A stretch of DNA of 63,881 nt, filler included, from Choristocarpus tenellus KU-1152 (taxonomy: Eukaryota; Protista; Phaeophyceae), in NCBI GenBank assembly GCA_964200185.2. It is 14 parts of 14 records of this genome, joined end to end, with 100 filler letters (N's around TTAATTAATTAA, not from the genome) between each part and the next. Parts side by side here need not be neighbours in the genome. Positions count along the whole stretch, not along the records: positions 1 to 4,521 come from CAXNAD020014176.1; positions 4,622 to 11,907 come from CAXNAD020006404.1; 12 more parts are not named here. One strand, 5' to 3'. The notes under the pieces are model-generated. The model ran no database searches. It was not told the DNA's origin and saw nothing but the letters and a program-made list of their open reading frames with translations. Positions 1-11,850 of the stretch are shown here, piece by piece. A program made the position numbers and the translations under genes. The stretch's first letter is position 1. Every line of letters starts with the position of its first letter.

Positions 1-699
1 GTGAAAAACGGACGCCGACACCCCCCCCCAAGATACTTTGACCCTTTCACTCACTTGTTGACTTCACAATGTACCCAACATTCAACCAGAGGGAACCTAT
101 CACACTGCGGACAATAACTAGAAGAGCTCTAATCCTGGAAATCCTGAACTTTGCTGACTGAAGAGATGTGAGTCATGTGAATGGTTTGAAGGACCCAGCG
201 ATGTTATGTCACAGGCTCCTTGAATCGAAGGACTCACATCTGTCGGCACATCATCTTGCGTAGATGAATAGAGAAAGGTATCTGTGCGAAAGTCCTTGGT
301 TGTAAGAGTATGTGCATCTGGCAAGAGATATTGGATGTGGGCTGAAACCTTCTTTATATATACTATGGCACAGTAATCAATGTCCGTGTCGGAGATGCTC
401 TGACATAAGGCACACAAGTGCAGAACACGACAATTTACGATACATGTAGAGCTCTGAATGACCAGCACCAACTATCAATAGTGCAGATGGGGCAAGCTAC
501 TATAGTAAATCAAGAAAAAAATACATCTCTGATGAAGCATATCAACCCTAACGGAAGAAATCGAGGTTAACTTGATTGGCATTGGACTATCACATCACAC
601 CCTCGTACGCAACCTCAACCCCCTCCACGAGATGCAAGGTAATCAAGACGTAAAAAACGAAAAGAACACCACTCTGGTGGTACAACAGGACCCTTATCG

Positions 700-3600
700 C
701 TATTGATTTTGATCAAGCAGGGCAGGTGAAGCTCCTTCAGCATCATTGACACAGTCTATTTCTGCTGCTGCTGGCTTTGATTGGGTCACCCCGACTCCAC
801 CCTGTGCGGGTTGTCCAACACTACATTTGTTAAATGACTCCCCTCCTTCACATGGATTTACCCCAGTTCCACTTGCGCCACCAACGGACTTGAAATAATC
901 GGCTCGTGTAGTCTGATCACTGCAACAACTAAGGGCGCCACCCTCCTCCCAACTCTCTATTGGAGCTATCCTGTGTCTCCTTCATTGCAATGGAGCGAAG
1001 CAATGAGGAATGAATTGATATTTTTAGGGAATGCACAAGGGGCAAGAGATTAGTTTAAGTGGCGAGGCACTACTACAACAACAAAACATGCGAATAAAAG
1101 GGTATACCTGGATTTGGCAACGTGTGTGCAAAGTGGAAATCAGTCGTAGGATGTGTGCCTGCAGCGGAGCCCTACCTTTCAAACCAGAATTTGTAGGGGA
1201 GTTGACCCTAGAACCGGTGCGAGGCACTCACAACTCTGAAAGCATTGTCTTGATATTCTGTTGTCTGGTTGTCAACCAAACACTTATCGTTTATAATGAT
1301 ATATCTGGATGAAGGGAATGACGCCTTGGTCACGGTGCATATACTCTATACGACAAGCAGCAAATAGCAAGTGAGTATCTGAATGCATGCAAAGCATAGC
1401 ACTCCCACAACAACAGTATCAGAGTCGTCCTATCCCATCTTTTACGTAGTTCCTTACATAGAGGACAGCACAAAAAAGATGACTACAACATTCTCGAAAA
1501 CCAACTGATATTGTCTCAAACCTTGCCCAAAAGGGGGGATCTCTCATTTCCTTCGTGCTAGGCACGTTACCATGGCTTATCTTACCTTCTCGAGTCTACC
1601 CTCTTAAGAAAAGCAAAAGTTGGAGGGGGCTGCTGGGAAATATGCACAGAAGCATCGCCAGAACCTTTGAATGCATCCACCACATGCTTTTGTAGCAAGG
1701 AATCCTTTGAACCAACAACTGGTTCATGCATCCCTACAGCACTTCCCCTGAATCCAGCTTCGCTGTCTGCAGCAATCGTGACTGTGGTGATGTGTTCTTT
1801 GCTCCATTTGTGATGTTGTGGTGTGAAGAAGGTGGATGCACCAGCTTCTGAATACTCAGTCTTAGAATTTCTAGCTTGTGGTGGATGTGGTTGAGAATGA
1901 ATCTTCTTGAGATGGACTATGAAAGCCAAGAACTGTTTGTTGTGATGGGGGGTTGATGATGCTCCAAATTAGGGGATTGTGCCATGGGGAGTGAGTGGTA
2001 GGGGCATTCCAAAGCATTTCGAGATTTTATTTTAATTTTTGGAATATCCATCAATTGGCAGTACAGTTATAATATTGAGGTACTACCAGTAGACTCTGGA
2101 GTAACTATTCTACCAATGCTTAGAATGGTGGTATTTTGAGTTCATGATCAATACCTTTCCAGTACTGCCAAAAAAAACTGCCACTGAGGATGTGATAATG
2201 CAGTTCGTACTACATGGTCAGGGTATTCAGAGGCCGAAAAGATATAAAGTGATGGGTGCTCATCAGGTGAAGTACCACAATAGAGACTAAGCACAAAACA
2301 TTTTGTTCTCCGCTCATTGAAATAAGTGAGCTTTTCTTAGCATGTCCTACTCAAGTGTGGTGACAATGCTGCCTGTAGACCTCTCATACAATAGACTAGC
2401 ACATAATCACCCGTCTGATACTGTTGGGGATGGAGAGCTTTACTTGCTAGACTCTTCGTCGACATTTCAGCTGAGCATTATTGCTTTGGGAGAAACTTCA
2501 GAATGTTGAACGGAATTTGCAATGCGACTTTGGCCTTCCACAGACAAAGCACAAAATCGAATAGATTCCATTCAAATGCATTAGTAACCTGAAACCAAAA
2601 ATGTGTTTGATGTAGGATTTACTCCAATATTCCAGACTATGTCATGTGCATGATGAATCCTCAGAGTAGCATAAGTTTTTGTATACATGTATTGCTTCCT
2701 GCAAGTCCCACCTCAGAGAAATCAATGTGACCATTCCTGTTTAGATCCAGCATAGTAACGATATTCTTCATTTCCTCGGGGCTGGGTCTTGTGTTGATAA
2801 GATCCAAGCCAATTCCCAGTTCCTAAGATTCGTTAATTGTTGTGTTGTTGGCAGTCATGGTCGTCCAAACACCAGTGGGTGCTAGGTTTAACAAAGGCTG
2901 TGAAGAGAGCAGTGTTGGCGTCCTGTGTTTTGTAAAGCTGATACTAACGGTATTGTAGTAGTAATTCCTTCATGCTGTAACTTGCATCAGGTTGTATAGG
3001 TGAAGATACATTCGAGATCGTGTGACTATTCCCCTTTCCCTATCAACCACAATAAAATGAGCTCTGCTGAGGAAGTGTGGGTGTCCCATCCATTGGTGTA
3101 GCATACTCTCAGTAACATTAACGTGAAGAGGTAGAGTTGAGCTGCCTAAGGATGTCTCATAGGGAGGTGACATGGCGATTATCTTTGCACAAAAAAAGAG
3201 GGTACCTAGGAAAGCATTCTGACAGCAGAAATAGAAAGGTGTAATATCAGTGGATTTTTCGGTTGGCAGTAAGAAGGATGAAAATTTTGTATTTCTGGAG
3301 TTCTAATTTCTTGCTCTATGTGCACCAGGATATTCCAACTGTGAAGGACCCCTGCAGGGGAGACAGACTCAAAGTATCTGGGGGGTGGGGGGTTCTACAC
3401 CAGGGTGTCCATTCGGGTCCTGATATTATCCATCCAATGCATGCAACCAAATCACCCAAATATCGCGATACGGAAAAATTGGCCCTGAATGGACAGTAGC
3501 CAACCCCCCCAGATACTTTGAGCCACAGTTCTCACACATGTGAGTTCTTGAGTAGTCTGCGTTTGTGATTCACATCACACATTACGAGTAGATAGGGGTC

Positions 3601-4521
3601 ATCATTGCTACATGCCTCAAAGGAGAAAAAATTGGAATTACCATCCCCTCAATCCCATGCGGGGAAGTAAATACTTTCAGCACAATGAGGAAAAAAAACA
3701 GAGTAAATGAGAGAGTACCTAGAGTGAAAGTATCCTAGAGGGTACGATTTTTGCCCTGTTTTTCCGTTTGGGACTTGGCTTCCCACGTTTTTCTAAATGA
3801 CATTTTACCTACTCTGAAACATTTCAGAGTAGGTAAAATGTATACGTTATGAAAAGGTGTGTCTGGAACAAGAATATCGACACTTGTTAACAAACACCAT
3901 AGCCAAAATTACATCAAAATCGCGACAATGGTTTTGGACCCCAAACGGACGCGATTGTACCCTCTAAGATAATTTGACTCCCTACCCATTTTTTTCGTCG
4001 TTTTTTGCATTTTCCATCAGTTTTTCTCTCTTTTGCAATTCACCAATATTTCTATGGACGAAGTTCTAAGTTCCACTTGAGAGGATACATTTCTCCATGT
4101 CATTTTGAAATTTTCCGACACAATATTTTAGGAAAAAATATCATATCCTGTACACATTTTGGAAAAAAAGGGTTGAATTTCGCAGATATTGTCAGCATAC
4201 CTAAAATGCCACTTTGGGTACCTCTCGTTTACTTTGACTCAATAGAGGTAAGGGTGCTGGTCATGTCTTGTTGCGAGGGGTTACACCATTCAAGGGAAAA
4301 TCAGAAACTCAAGGTTGTAAAAAACTTCATGGCAGTTTCTGATGAATCTTTGTTAGCCTATCGATGTATTCTGAATCTGATATTTCGCTATTTTTTCCGC
4401 CCGAAGGTGCTGTTGAGTTGCCATGGTTGCCACACCATCACTTACTTCTTCACCAATTGTGCCTCCTCCATCCAGATCCAGGTAGTCAAAGATTTTGTGG
4501 TATATCTTTAGGAGAGGCTTG
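700..4521 (-). CDS. 3' part of a spliced gene encoding an EF-hand pair protein (possibly the C-terminus of a voltage-gated cation channel)
   Basis: Exons 4521-4446, 2822-2712, 1932-1586 and 970-700 have GT/AG boundaries and matching phases. They join to KIFDYLDLDGGGTIGEE|ELGIGLDLINTRPSPEEMKNIVTMLDLNRNGHIDFSE|FLAFIVHLKK, giving two canonical DxD/NxxGxI EF loops. The channel assignment is recalled similarity only. Confidence 0.75.
3366..3524 (+). mobile_element. MITE family B, full copy (intronic)
   Basis: TIR GACTCAAAGTATCTGGGGG...CCCCCAGATACTTTGAGCC with a 3-bp flanking duplication ACA. Terminal fragments of the family also lie at 1-44, 48249-48284, 48385-48405 and 52743-52762. Confidence 0.8.
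3695..4240 (-). mobile_element. MITE family C copy, with MITE-A nested in one TIR
   Basis: 3985-4240 is a diverged reverse complement of 14862-15131 and ends GGGTACCTCTCGTTTACTTTGACTC. The other TIR (~3700-3721) is split by MITE-A. Confidence 0.6.
3722..3980 (+). mobile_element. MITE family A, full copy (259 bp)
   Basis: TIR GAGTGAAAGTATCCTAGAGGGTA...TACCCTCTAAGATAATTTGACTC, 4-bp TSD CCTA, and a perfect internal 19-bp-arm hairpin at 3801-3840. Confidence 0.9.
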
Positions 4522-4621
4522 NNNNNNNNNNNNNNNNNNNNNNNNNNNNNNNNNNNNNNNNNNNNTTAATTAATTAANNNNNNNNNNNNNNNNNNNNNNN
4601 NNNNNNNNNNNNNNNNNNNNN
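4522..4621. other. Artificial contig-joining linker (first of 13)
   Basis: N44-TTAATTAATTAA-N44, with stops in all six frames. Identical copies at 11908-12007, 16116-16215, 19457-19556, 24742-24841, 27443-27542, 31767-31866, 37184-37283, 45128-45227, 48285-48384, 52643-52742, 56836-56935 and 61143-61242. Confidence 0.99.
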
Positions 4622-4715
4622 CCCTTCTCTCTTTTTGTGAAATCTGTGTCTGCAAGAAGCAAGTTTCCTCACCGGTTGTTGCCCCTCCCAACCCCCCCCC
4701 CCCTGCCACCCGAAG

Positions 4716-4991
4716 GTGTTGAACTCCACTAAGAATCAGGATGTTAGGCAGCCCGCCTTCCTGGGTGCACTGAAGCGAAAGAAGAAGAGTGTCCTTTCAC
4801 AGAACTTCCACACCAAGAATCCACAGGCATACAAGGAACCTGAGTGGTTCGAGGAATTGAAAAAGAAGCGATCGAGGGAGCTCGAGGGCTTACCTGCAGA
4901 GGATGAACCAGTGGAACCTGAGAGGGAACCTGAACCTGAGAGAGAACCAGAGCGGGAACCTGAGAGGGAACCGGCGACTGAAGAGGATTGA
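4716..4991 (+). CDS. Probable terminal exon of an unknown protein with an EPER-repeat acidic tail
   Basis: A C-rich tract and AG acceptor precede an open frame ending ...EPEREPEPEREPEREPEREPATEED*. Confidence 0.55.
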   Translation: MLNSTKNQDVRQPAFLGALKRKKKSVLSQNFHTKNPQAYKEPEWFEELKKKRSRELEGLPAEDEPVEPEREPEPEREPEREPEREPATEED

Positions 4992-6875
4992 GCTGAGAAA
5001 CGTAACTCGTTTCCACTCGTGGTGATGGTGGTGTGTGAATTGTTCAACTCTTAAGACCACAGTGAACAAGACAAGAGCGAAGTATTTGGGGGGGGGAGAG
5101 AGGAGGGGGACTGTTGGTGAAATGATGTCATCTTCTTTGTTTATACTTGACTTGTTGCGTTTTTCGTGGAGGTTTGTTTTGATCGGTCTATTCACTTTCT
5201 ACAATAATCTAGAACATTTCCTGATCTCTTTGTTCCGTGGCGTCCGTTCCGTTCCACGCCTTCCGTTGTGATTTACGCCTGGCTTGTCTTTGGTGGTGTT
5301 GTGGACTGGTGCCTGCTCTTGAAGAGCTCCGTCTGTCTGTCTCGTACACCCATTGCATTTCATTGTCTTTCACTAACAGTACCCTTGTGTGGGGGGTATG
5401 GGAATCGAATATCTAGCTAGCGAGGGGGGACCTGTCATCTTGAAGAACACAATAGGGTACGGTGTTGCCTTGCCTTGCTATGTGTAATGTGTAATGTGTA
5501 ATGTGTAGCCCTGTTTCGGAGGAACTATGGAGGAGGAAAGAGGACTTTTATGATGCCAAGGTAGGAAAGCAAGATGCAGAGCACAACCTATTTTTGGGCA
5601 GGTAGGTGAGGAGCAATCGAGGTTGCCAAGTGATTTTTTGGTTTGGATTAGACTAACCGTTAATACACTAGGTAACTAACCGTTAATGCGTTTTTGTCTT
5701 CCCATTATGGCGATACCACATACCCTCTCTCTGTGACGCCCTTTAGTCTTTCATTTCAAGTGGCTGATGACTGGAGGTGTGCATGTACATTACTTGTGTT
5801 CATAGTTTTTGTTGTAGCTCCTGCTAATTGGCGCTTGTCGCTTGAGCCAGGACACTGGGGTGTACGTTGCCTTCCTTGACAACTCCAGGTTATGGGGAAC
5901 ACACTAGAACGTACATAAAGCTCAACTTATGAGTGCGAGTTCGCAACCCACTAGGATTCCTCTCCGGGCGTGAGAAAAGAGTACTTACAGCACGTCATAT
6001 CTTTAATAGTACTAACAGATCGTGTGAGGGGTTTTTGGTAGTGACAAGACGGTGAATGAGATAAAATAAACAAAAAAATGAAAATTTTAGCCGCTTGAAA
6101 ACATGTAAAAAATACCTCAATTTTTTTAATTTATTACTACGAATAGTATAATAATGGTTTCTTAGGAGGTAGTGCTAGGAATACTGAGGGGAATGAGACC
6201 AGAAGGTGGACTTCGAGTTCAAGATTATCCTTCAATGGGGCCTCTTATCACTACAAGAACTGATCCTTGTCCACGTTACATCCCGCAAACTGTAGAAAAT
6301 GATGAGGAGCAGAGGAAATATTATTTTTTACTCTGTCGAACGTTTTGCTGACGTCGTCCCGACGGAGACAAGAAGCGAGACATGCAAGGCTCAGAATACA
6401 ATAAACACAACAACAGTCTGTTGACAAGAGTCTGTATCGCGGCAACTGCTTGATGTAAAGACTTTCCAACACGATCGTATTCGTGATAGCAATTAAATGT
6501 TTTTATGTTGAGGGTCCTGATTCTGTGTGATGGGGGGTGATGAGAACCACCAGGGATGAGGTCCAGAAAGGAGGAGAAAGATGAGATTGAGGCATGCTGG
6601 GTGTATGTATGTTGACAGCCTCAGAGTGCCATGTGGATCAATCTTCAATGCGATTGGTTGGGACCAGTCAGAACAGAAAACGCAATCTCCGCTTTGCTGG
6701 TGTAAATCCACTGTTCATGTCGGGGTTACCCCGAGCCGATCATGTGTCTGACCCACACCACATCACTTGGCCTTGCCGCAATGACAAAAGGTGATGCGCA
6801 CAAATGTATATGACCATGTGTATTATCCTCATCAGTGTCAGGATATCCAAAAAAAGGCGACCTGTCCCTGACATT

Positions 6876-6922
<47 letters not shown>

Positions 6923-7989
6923 ACCCTCACACCCCCACACACACACCNNNNNNNNNNAAATTTTTATGCCCTGTTTTCTTTTCTCCCCCTTTGCCGAGTG
7001 ACACAAAAAAAGGCACCCCCTCCCCCACCCCCCCCCCCCCCCCCCCCCCCTCCCCCCCCAGTGTATGTGGATTCAATCCAACATGAACACAAAAGTGGCT
7101 GGCCAGCACTTTATGTCAGACAGGTCCATCTTTGGGAAGAAAAAAAACGTCCCGGTTGAATCAACTCAGGGTAAAGAAAAAAGGAAAAGGTGGAACACTA
7201 GCAGTGATTAGCCCTAGGTCGCACTCTAGTCCAAGTGAAATCTGTGTAAACAGGTGGAAGGCACAGTGAGAAAAATGGCGTGGACCTGCCTGTCTCCTAC
7301 GTGCCTCCCAGGGATCCGAGTGGATGAAGCTAAGTATCACCACAGCTTTGGTACATCAAGTCATAGATTGGGGAGTGTTGTGGGGATAGTGTCAAGAGTG
7401 ATTGGAAAACTAATCATGTCTTACTGTCACCTCTGGTACAACTTGCCTCCAAGGTGCTAGGACAACCAGAAAGTTGGACTTGAAATATTTGAAGTATGCA
7501 CATTTTTTTGTTTTTGTTAGTAGAAAAAACGAAATAAAATATTACACATTGTAATAATATTTCGAATATTATGCATGCTTCTCACAGATAGGATGAACCT
7601 GTGTTTGTGTCTCCAGATTAGAGCTATCTATCTTCCTACCCCACGAGCCCCAAGTCGTCTGATAGATAAGCTCGAAATTCCACCCGGGCTGAGTCATGGT
7701 ATGGTCTTCAAGAATTTATCAGCACCACTTCCGCCATCTTGGTAGTGCTTGGTAGTGTAAAAGAAATATCTTCCCTATCTGTGGAATCTGGTGGCGACTC
7801 ACCAGGCCGGCAACCTACTATTATAGAGGCATTCATCGCACTTTCCAGTCCACAAGGAGGGATATCACAAGTATTAGAGGAGGCTTGGTTGCTATTAGGT
7901 GGTCCAGTTGGCAGTAGTTCAAGATCTTTGGCTGTTGCAGTGGCAGGTGCCCTTCTCTTATGACAAATCGCTTGGTCGGCAGATCTCAC

Positions 7990-8190
7990 ATTAGGAAGGT
8001 CCAAAATGTGTTCTCTCCCCTATAGGCTGCAACCATCTCTGCATATTCAGGTATTTCAGCGGGTATGTGCCATACATCGCAGCCCAGCGAATATCCTTGA
8101 AGGCCAAGCCGCTGTCTATAACTGCGAGTGGCCTATCTTCCTACACCTTGCTTATGGTCAACAGTGCCCTCTACATTGTAAGACCCAATA
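7990..8190 (-). pseudogene. Degenerate chromodomain (chromovirus Ty3/gypsy pol C-terminus)
   Basis: Minus-strand translation SYNVEGTVDHKQGVGR*ATRSYRQRLGLQGYSLGCDVWHIPAEIPEYAEMVAAYR fits the Y.VE.I.DH...GY...D.W chromodomain pattern, with an internal stop. It lies on the same strand as the RNase H at 11.5-11.8 kb. Confidence 0.6.
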
Positions 8191-8280
8191 GTTGGCTGTG
8201 TCTTTGTTTGACCCCTGATCAAGATTTGCTCCCGGTAATAACCCCCGTCCAAAAAGAGTTAATTAAGGGTATCAGGGACA

Positions 8281-11254
8281 GGTTCCTTTTTTGGGATCTC
8301 CAACACACACATTTTGTGGATATGACATGCGGCCACACACACACATGCACTTGCGCGCAACATCCACGCCATCGGAACTTGCCCATACCGACCAGTCCAT
8401 AAAACCAGACACACCAATAACATCGGGATTATTGACCAAACGGCCAGAACGACTGTCAGAACGAAGATACATTCCGATTCTGACTGATCCATTTCTCTCC
8501 TGAGACGTAGCTAAGTCCTTCTGTGACATCTGTTGTGCATTAAGGTTCTTGTTCTGTTCTGGATTTCCTCAACTGTTCTGAGATGGTAGGTCAAGACCCG
8601 TGAAACTCGGTCCCACCCTCTCTCTGAGGTGGAAGAGTTCAGTCTGGTGATTGTGATTGCCCTCTGAGGGCCTTAGTGCCTTGAAACTTCCATACTAATA
8701 CTCACACCGGGTGTTCAAGGGGGCTAACTCACACTTTCACATTATGTTTGACCACACCTCGACAAACGATACACAGACAAGTGTTGGACCACCTCCAACC
8801 CCATGTCCCACTTCTACTTCCACCAGCAAAGAGAACACTTTGGCAAGGAAAGGGAAGGAGAAGAAGGCAACCTCAAGCACGGCAACTGAAGGAGGTAAAG
8901 AGTTACTACTGCTTACCCCCCATGCGTTTTTTGGTATGTAGAGGAAGGAACAAGGATGCCCCCCAGTGTCCAATTTTGGAAAGTTGTTCACTGTTTTTAA
9001 GAAACCGCATAAGCGCTATTGCAATGGACAATCACCAACCTGTTGATGAATTCCGCATCCCCACATATGATCAGATTTTAGGCGATATGTGTGTGAGACG
9101 TTTTCAACACCACATCCTCAGAGGGACTAGCCCTGACCAAGCAAGCGTGCGATCCTCTTTTTATGAAACCCTGAATATTTCATCATGGGATGATTTTGTG
9201 ATTGCCAGCCTTGAGGAATTTTTTACTGTGCCTAATCCTTTGGGTAGAGCCTTCCAAAACATGATTGACATACTTCAAAAGCCTAAAGAGGACTTTAGGG
9301 CGTTGGCAAGGAGGGTGATTGAGTCCATTGATGCCTTTGTGCTTGAGTTGAGAGTTAGCCCCCAAAAGACAGGTCCGACCTCGACCCAGTTGACCTTGCC
9401 CCAGTCGGTTTGACCGTTTTGCTCACTGACCGACTTGGGTACTGTGATTTTAATGTTAGTGTTTTGCTGTCTTTGGGGTTTTGAGTTCGAGTCCTCAACG
9501 GTACGAGAACTTTGCTACCCTAGTTGATGCTCCAGTAGCTCAAGGGATAGCCATGTCAAGCTTAGACCAAGGATCGTTCACCCATGCAGTGACGTCCAGT
9601 ATATCAGTTGGTAATATACTGGACACCACTACTTGGGTGAACGATCCTTGGTCTAAACTTGACATGGCTATCCCTCGACCCACGGCAGCATTGACTAGCA
9701 TGGCAAAGTTCTTGTACCACAGAGGACTCAAACACAAAACCCCAAGGATAGATGTGACGGTACAACAGCGACATTAAAAGCACATTACCTAAGTCGGTCA
9801 GTGAGCAACGCAGTCAGATTGGCTGGGGCAAGGTCAACCGGGTCGAGGTCAGACCTCTCTTGGAGGTTGTAACTCTTAACTCACCCACAAAAGCATCAAT
9901 GGACTCAATCACCCTCCTTGCCAACGCCCTAAAGTCCTCTTTAGGCTCTTGAAGTATGTCAATCATGTTTTAGAAGATTCTACCCAAAGGATCAGGCACA
10001 GTAAAAAAATCCTCACGGCTGGCAGTCACAAAATCCTCCCATGATGAAACATTCAGGGTTTCATAAAAAGGATCGAATGCTTGCTTGGTCAGGGCTAGTC
10101 CCTCTAATTTGGTGTTAAAAAAGTCTCATACACATACTGCTAAAATCTGATCGTAGGTGGGGATGCGGGACTCATCAACAGATTAGTGATTGTCCACGGC
10201 AATGACGCCAGCGCGGTTCTCTTAAAAACAGTGAGCAACTTTCCAAAATTGGACACTGGGGAGGCACCCTTGTTCTTCCTGTACATCCCAAAAAACGCAT
10301 CGGGGGTAAGTCTTTGTGTGAAGGGTATTTGACAACCAGGGGGCTTGCGTGGGATGTATCAGACACAGAAGAGGCTATTGGACTCTGGTTTTGCAACACT
10401 CACCTTCATATTCAGAGTTTGCATGATCGCTGCTACTAATCCTTGGTCATCCGGAGTCCCACCCATCGCCTCATCAACAATCTTGCTGAGGTAGACGAGT
10501 TGACAATCCATGTACATCTGGAGGTCAAACGTTGCCATCGTACTATCTGCCCTCAGCCTCTGCTCCACCACCCCTTCCTGCTCTAGCGAGCCATTAGGGA
10601 TGCCATTGTCTACAGATGTAGACAAGGGAGTCTGCAGAGGTTGGGTGTTAGTAGTAGCACCCCCCTCTTTACCTCCTTCAGTTGCCATGCTTGAGGTTGC
10701 CTTCTTCTCCTTCCCTTTCCTTGCCAAAGTGTTCTCTTTGCTGGTGGAAGTGGAAGTGGAACATGGGGTTGGAAGTGGTCCAACACTTGTCTGGGTATCA
10801 TTTGTCGAGGTGTGGTCAAACATAATGTGAAAGTGTGAGTTAGCCCCCTTGAACACCCGGTGTGAGTATCTGTGTGGAAGTGTCAAGGCGCCAAAGCTCT
10901 CTGCAAAAGGGGGAAATCTCAATCACCAGACTGAACTCTTCCACCTCAGAGAGAGGGTGGGACCGAGTTTCACGGGTCTTGACCTACCATCTCAGAACAG
11001 TTGAGGAAATCCAGAACAGAACAAGAACCTTAATATACAGTAGATGTCCCAGAATGAATGAGCAACGTCACAGCAGAGAAATGGATCAGTCAGAATCGGA
11101 ATGTATCTTCGTTCTGACAGTCCATTTTGGCCGTTTGATCAATAATCCGTATCTTATGGGTGTGTCTGGTTTTGTGGACTAGTCGGTATGGGCAAGTTCC
11201 AATGATGTGGTTGTCGTGAGCAAATGTATATGGCCCTTGCGTCATATCCACAAA

Positions 11255-11289
<35 letters not shown>

Positions 11290-11325
11290 TGTGTGTGTGA
11301 GTTGGAGATCCCAAAAAAAGGAACC
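8281..11325. repeat. ~3-kb diverged foldback palindrome
   Basis: Begins GGTTCCTTTTTTGGGATCTCCAAC and ends GTTGGAGATCCCAAAAAAAGGAACC. The arms pair to a 9-nt loop at 9605-9613. The right arm has ~360 bp extra (~10310-10670). Mirror ORFs at 8711-8941 and 10922-10359. Confidence 0.92.
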
Positions 11326-11500
11326 AAAAAGAGCTCAGAGTCATTTGCCACCCCAGTGGTTTCACCGAATTGATCCACACACAATTCATAGGCTGGGTGT
11401 ACCTTACTTGCTTGACAAGTTGCATTAGTGGTTTTTGCTCACATATTTAGGCATATACGGGTTAGGGGTGCTGGTTCAGATTCATGTTTACGGAATTCTT

Positions 11501-11850
11501 CTAGATGAGGACATGATCACACATATGCAGGATGTACTGTATTCTGCCAGACTTATGAAGGAAGGTTAAATCAAAACTTTGCAGAGCTAGGGCCCACCGA
11601 GTGAACAGATTGGACGCGTCTTGCAGCGTATGCAGCCACAGTACAGCTGAATGATCACCAGTAACCGAGAAATGTTTACCCCAAATTTCTCGGTATGGTG
11701 TCCAGTGTTGAATTGCCAGAATAACTGCAAGGAACTCCTTTTGTGTGGCAGAACATTCCCATCGTGAGGGGGAAAGTAAGGCACTATGGCATGCAATTAT
11801 GACAAAATTGCCATCTTCATTTCTATGGGCTAATAACACCCCATGACTCG
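11501..11850 (-). pseudogene. Ty3/gypsy pol RNase H domain remnant
   Basis: VIIACHSALLSPS...SATQKEFLAVILAIQHW..Y..GKHFSVTGDHSAVLWL....RWALALQSFDLTFLHKSG matches the classic gypsy RNase H motifs (ELLA, TDH, RW.L.LQ.F). Confidence 0.88.

Noticed and set aside
4005-4511. 168-aa plus-strand ORF and similar ORFs overlapping MITEs (e.g. 27645, 38758, 57001)
   Set aside because: They are chance frames through MITE or intron sequence. The coding signal at 4446-4521 is on the opposite strand.
4566-4577. Recurrent TTAATTAATTAA as a biological motif, and any operon-like linkage across it
   Set aside because: It is always centred in exactly 100 bp of N padding, so it is an assembly linker.
6740-7109. 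Poly-Pro/poly-Gly ORFs
   Set aside because: They derive from C homopolymers around a 10-N scaffold gap in low-quality sequence.
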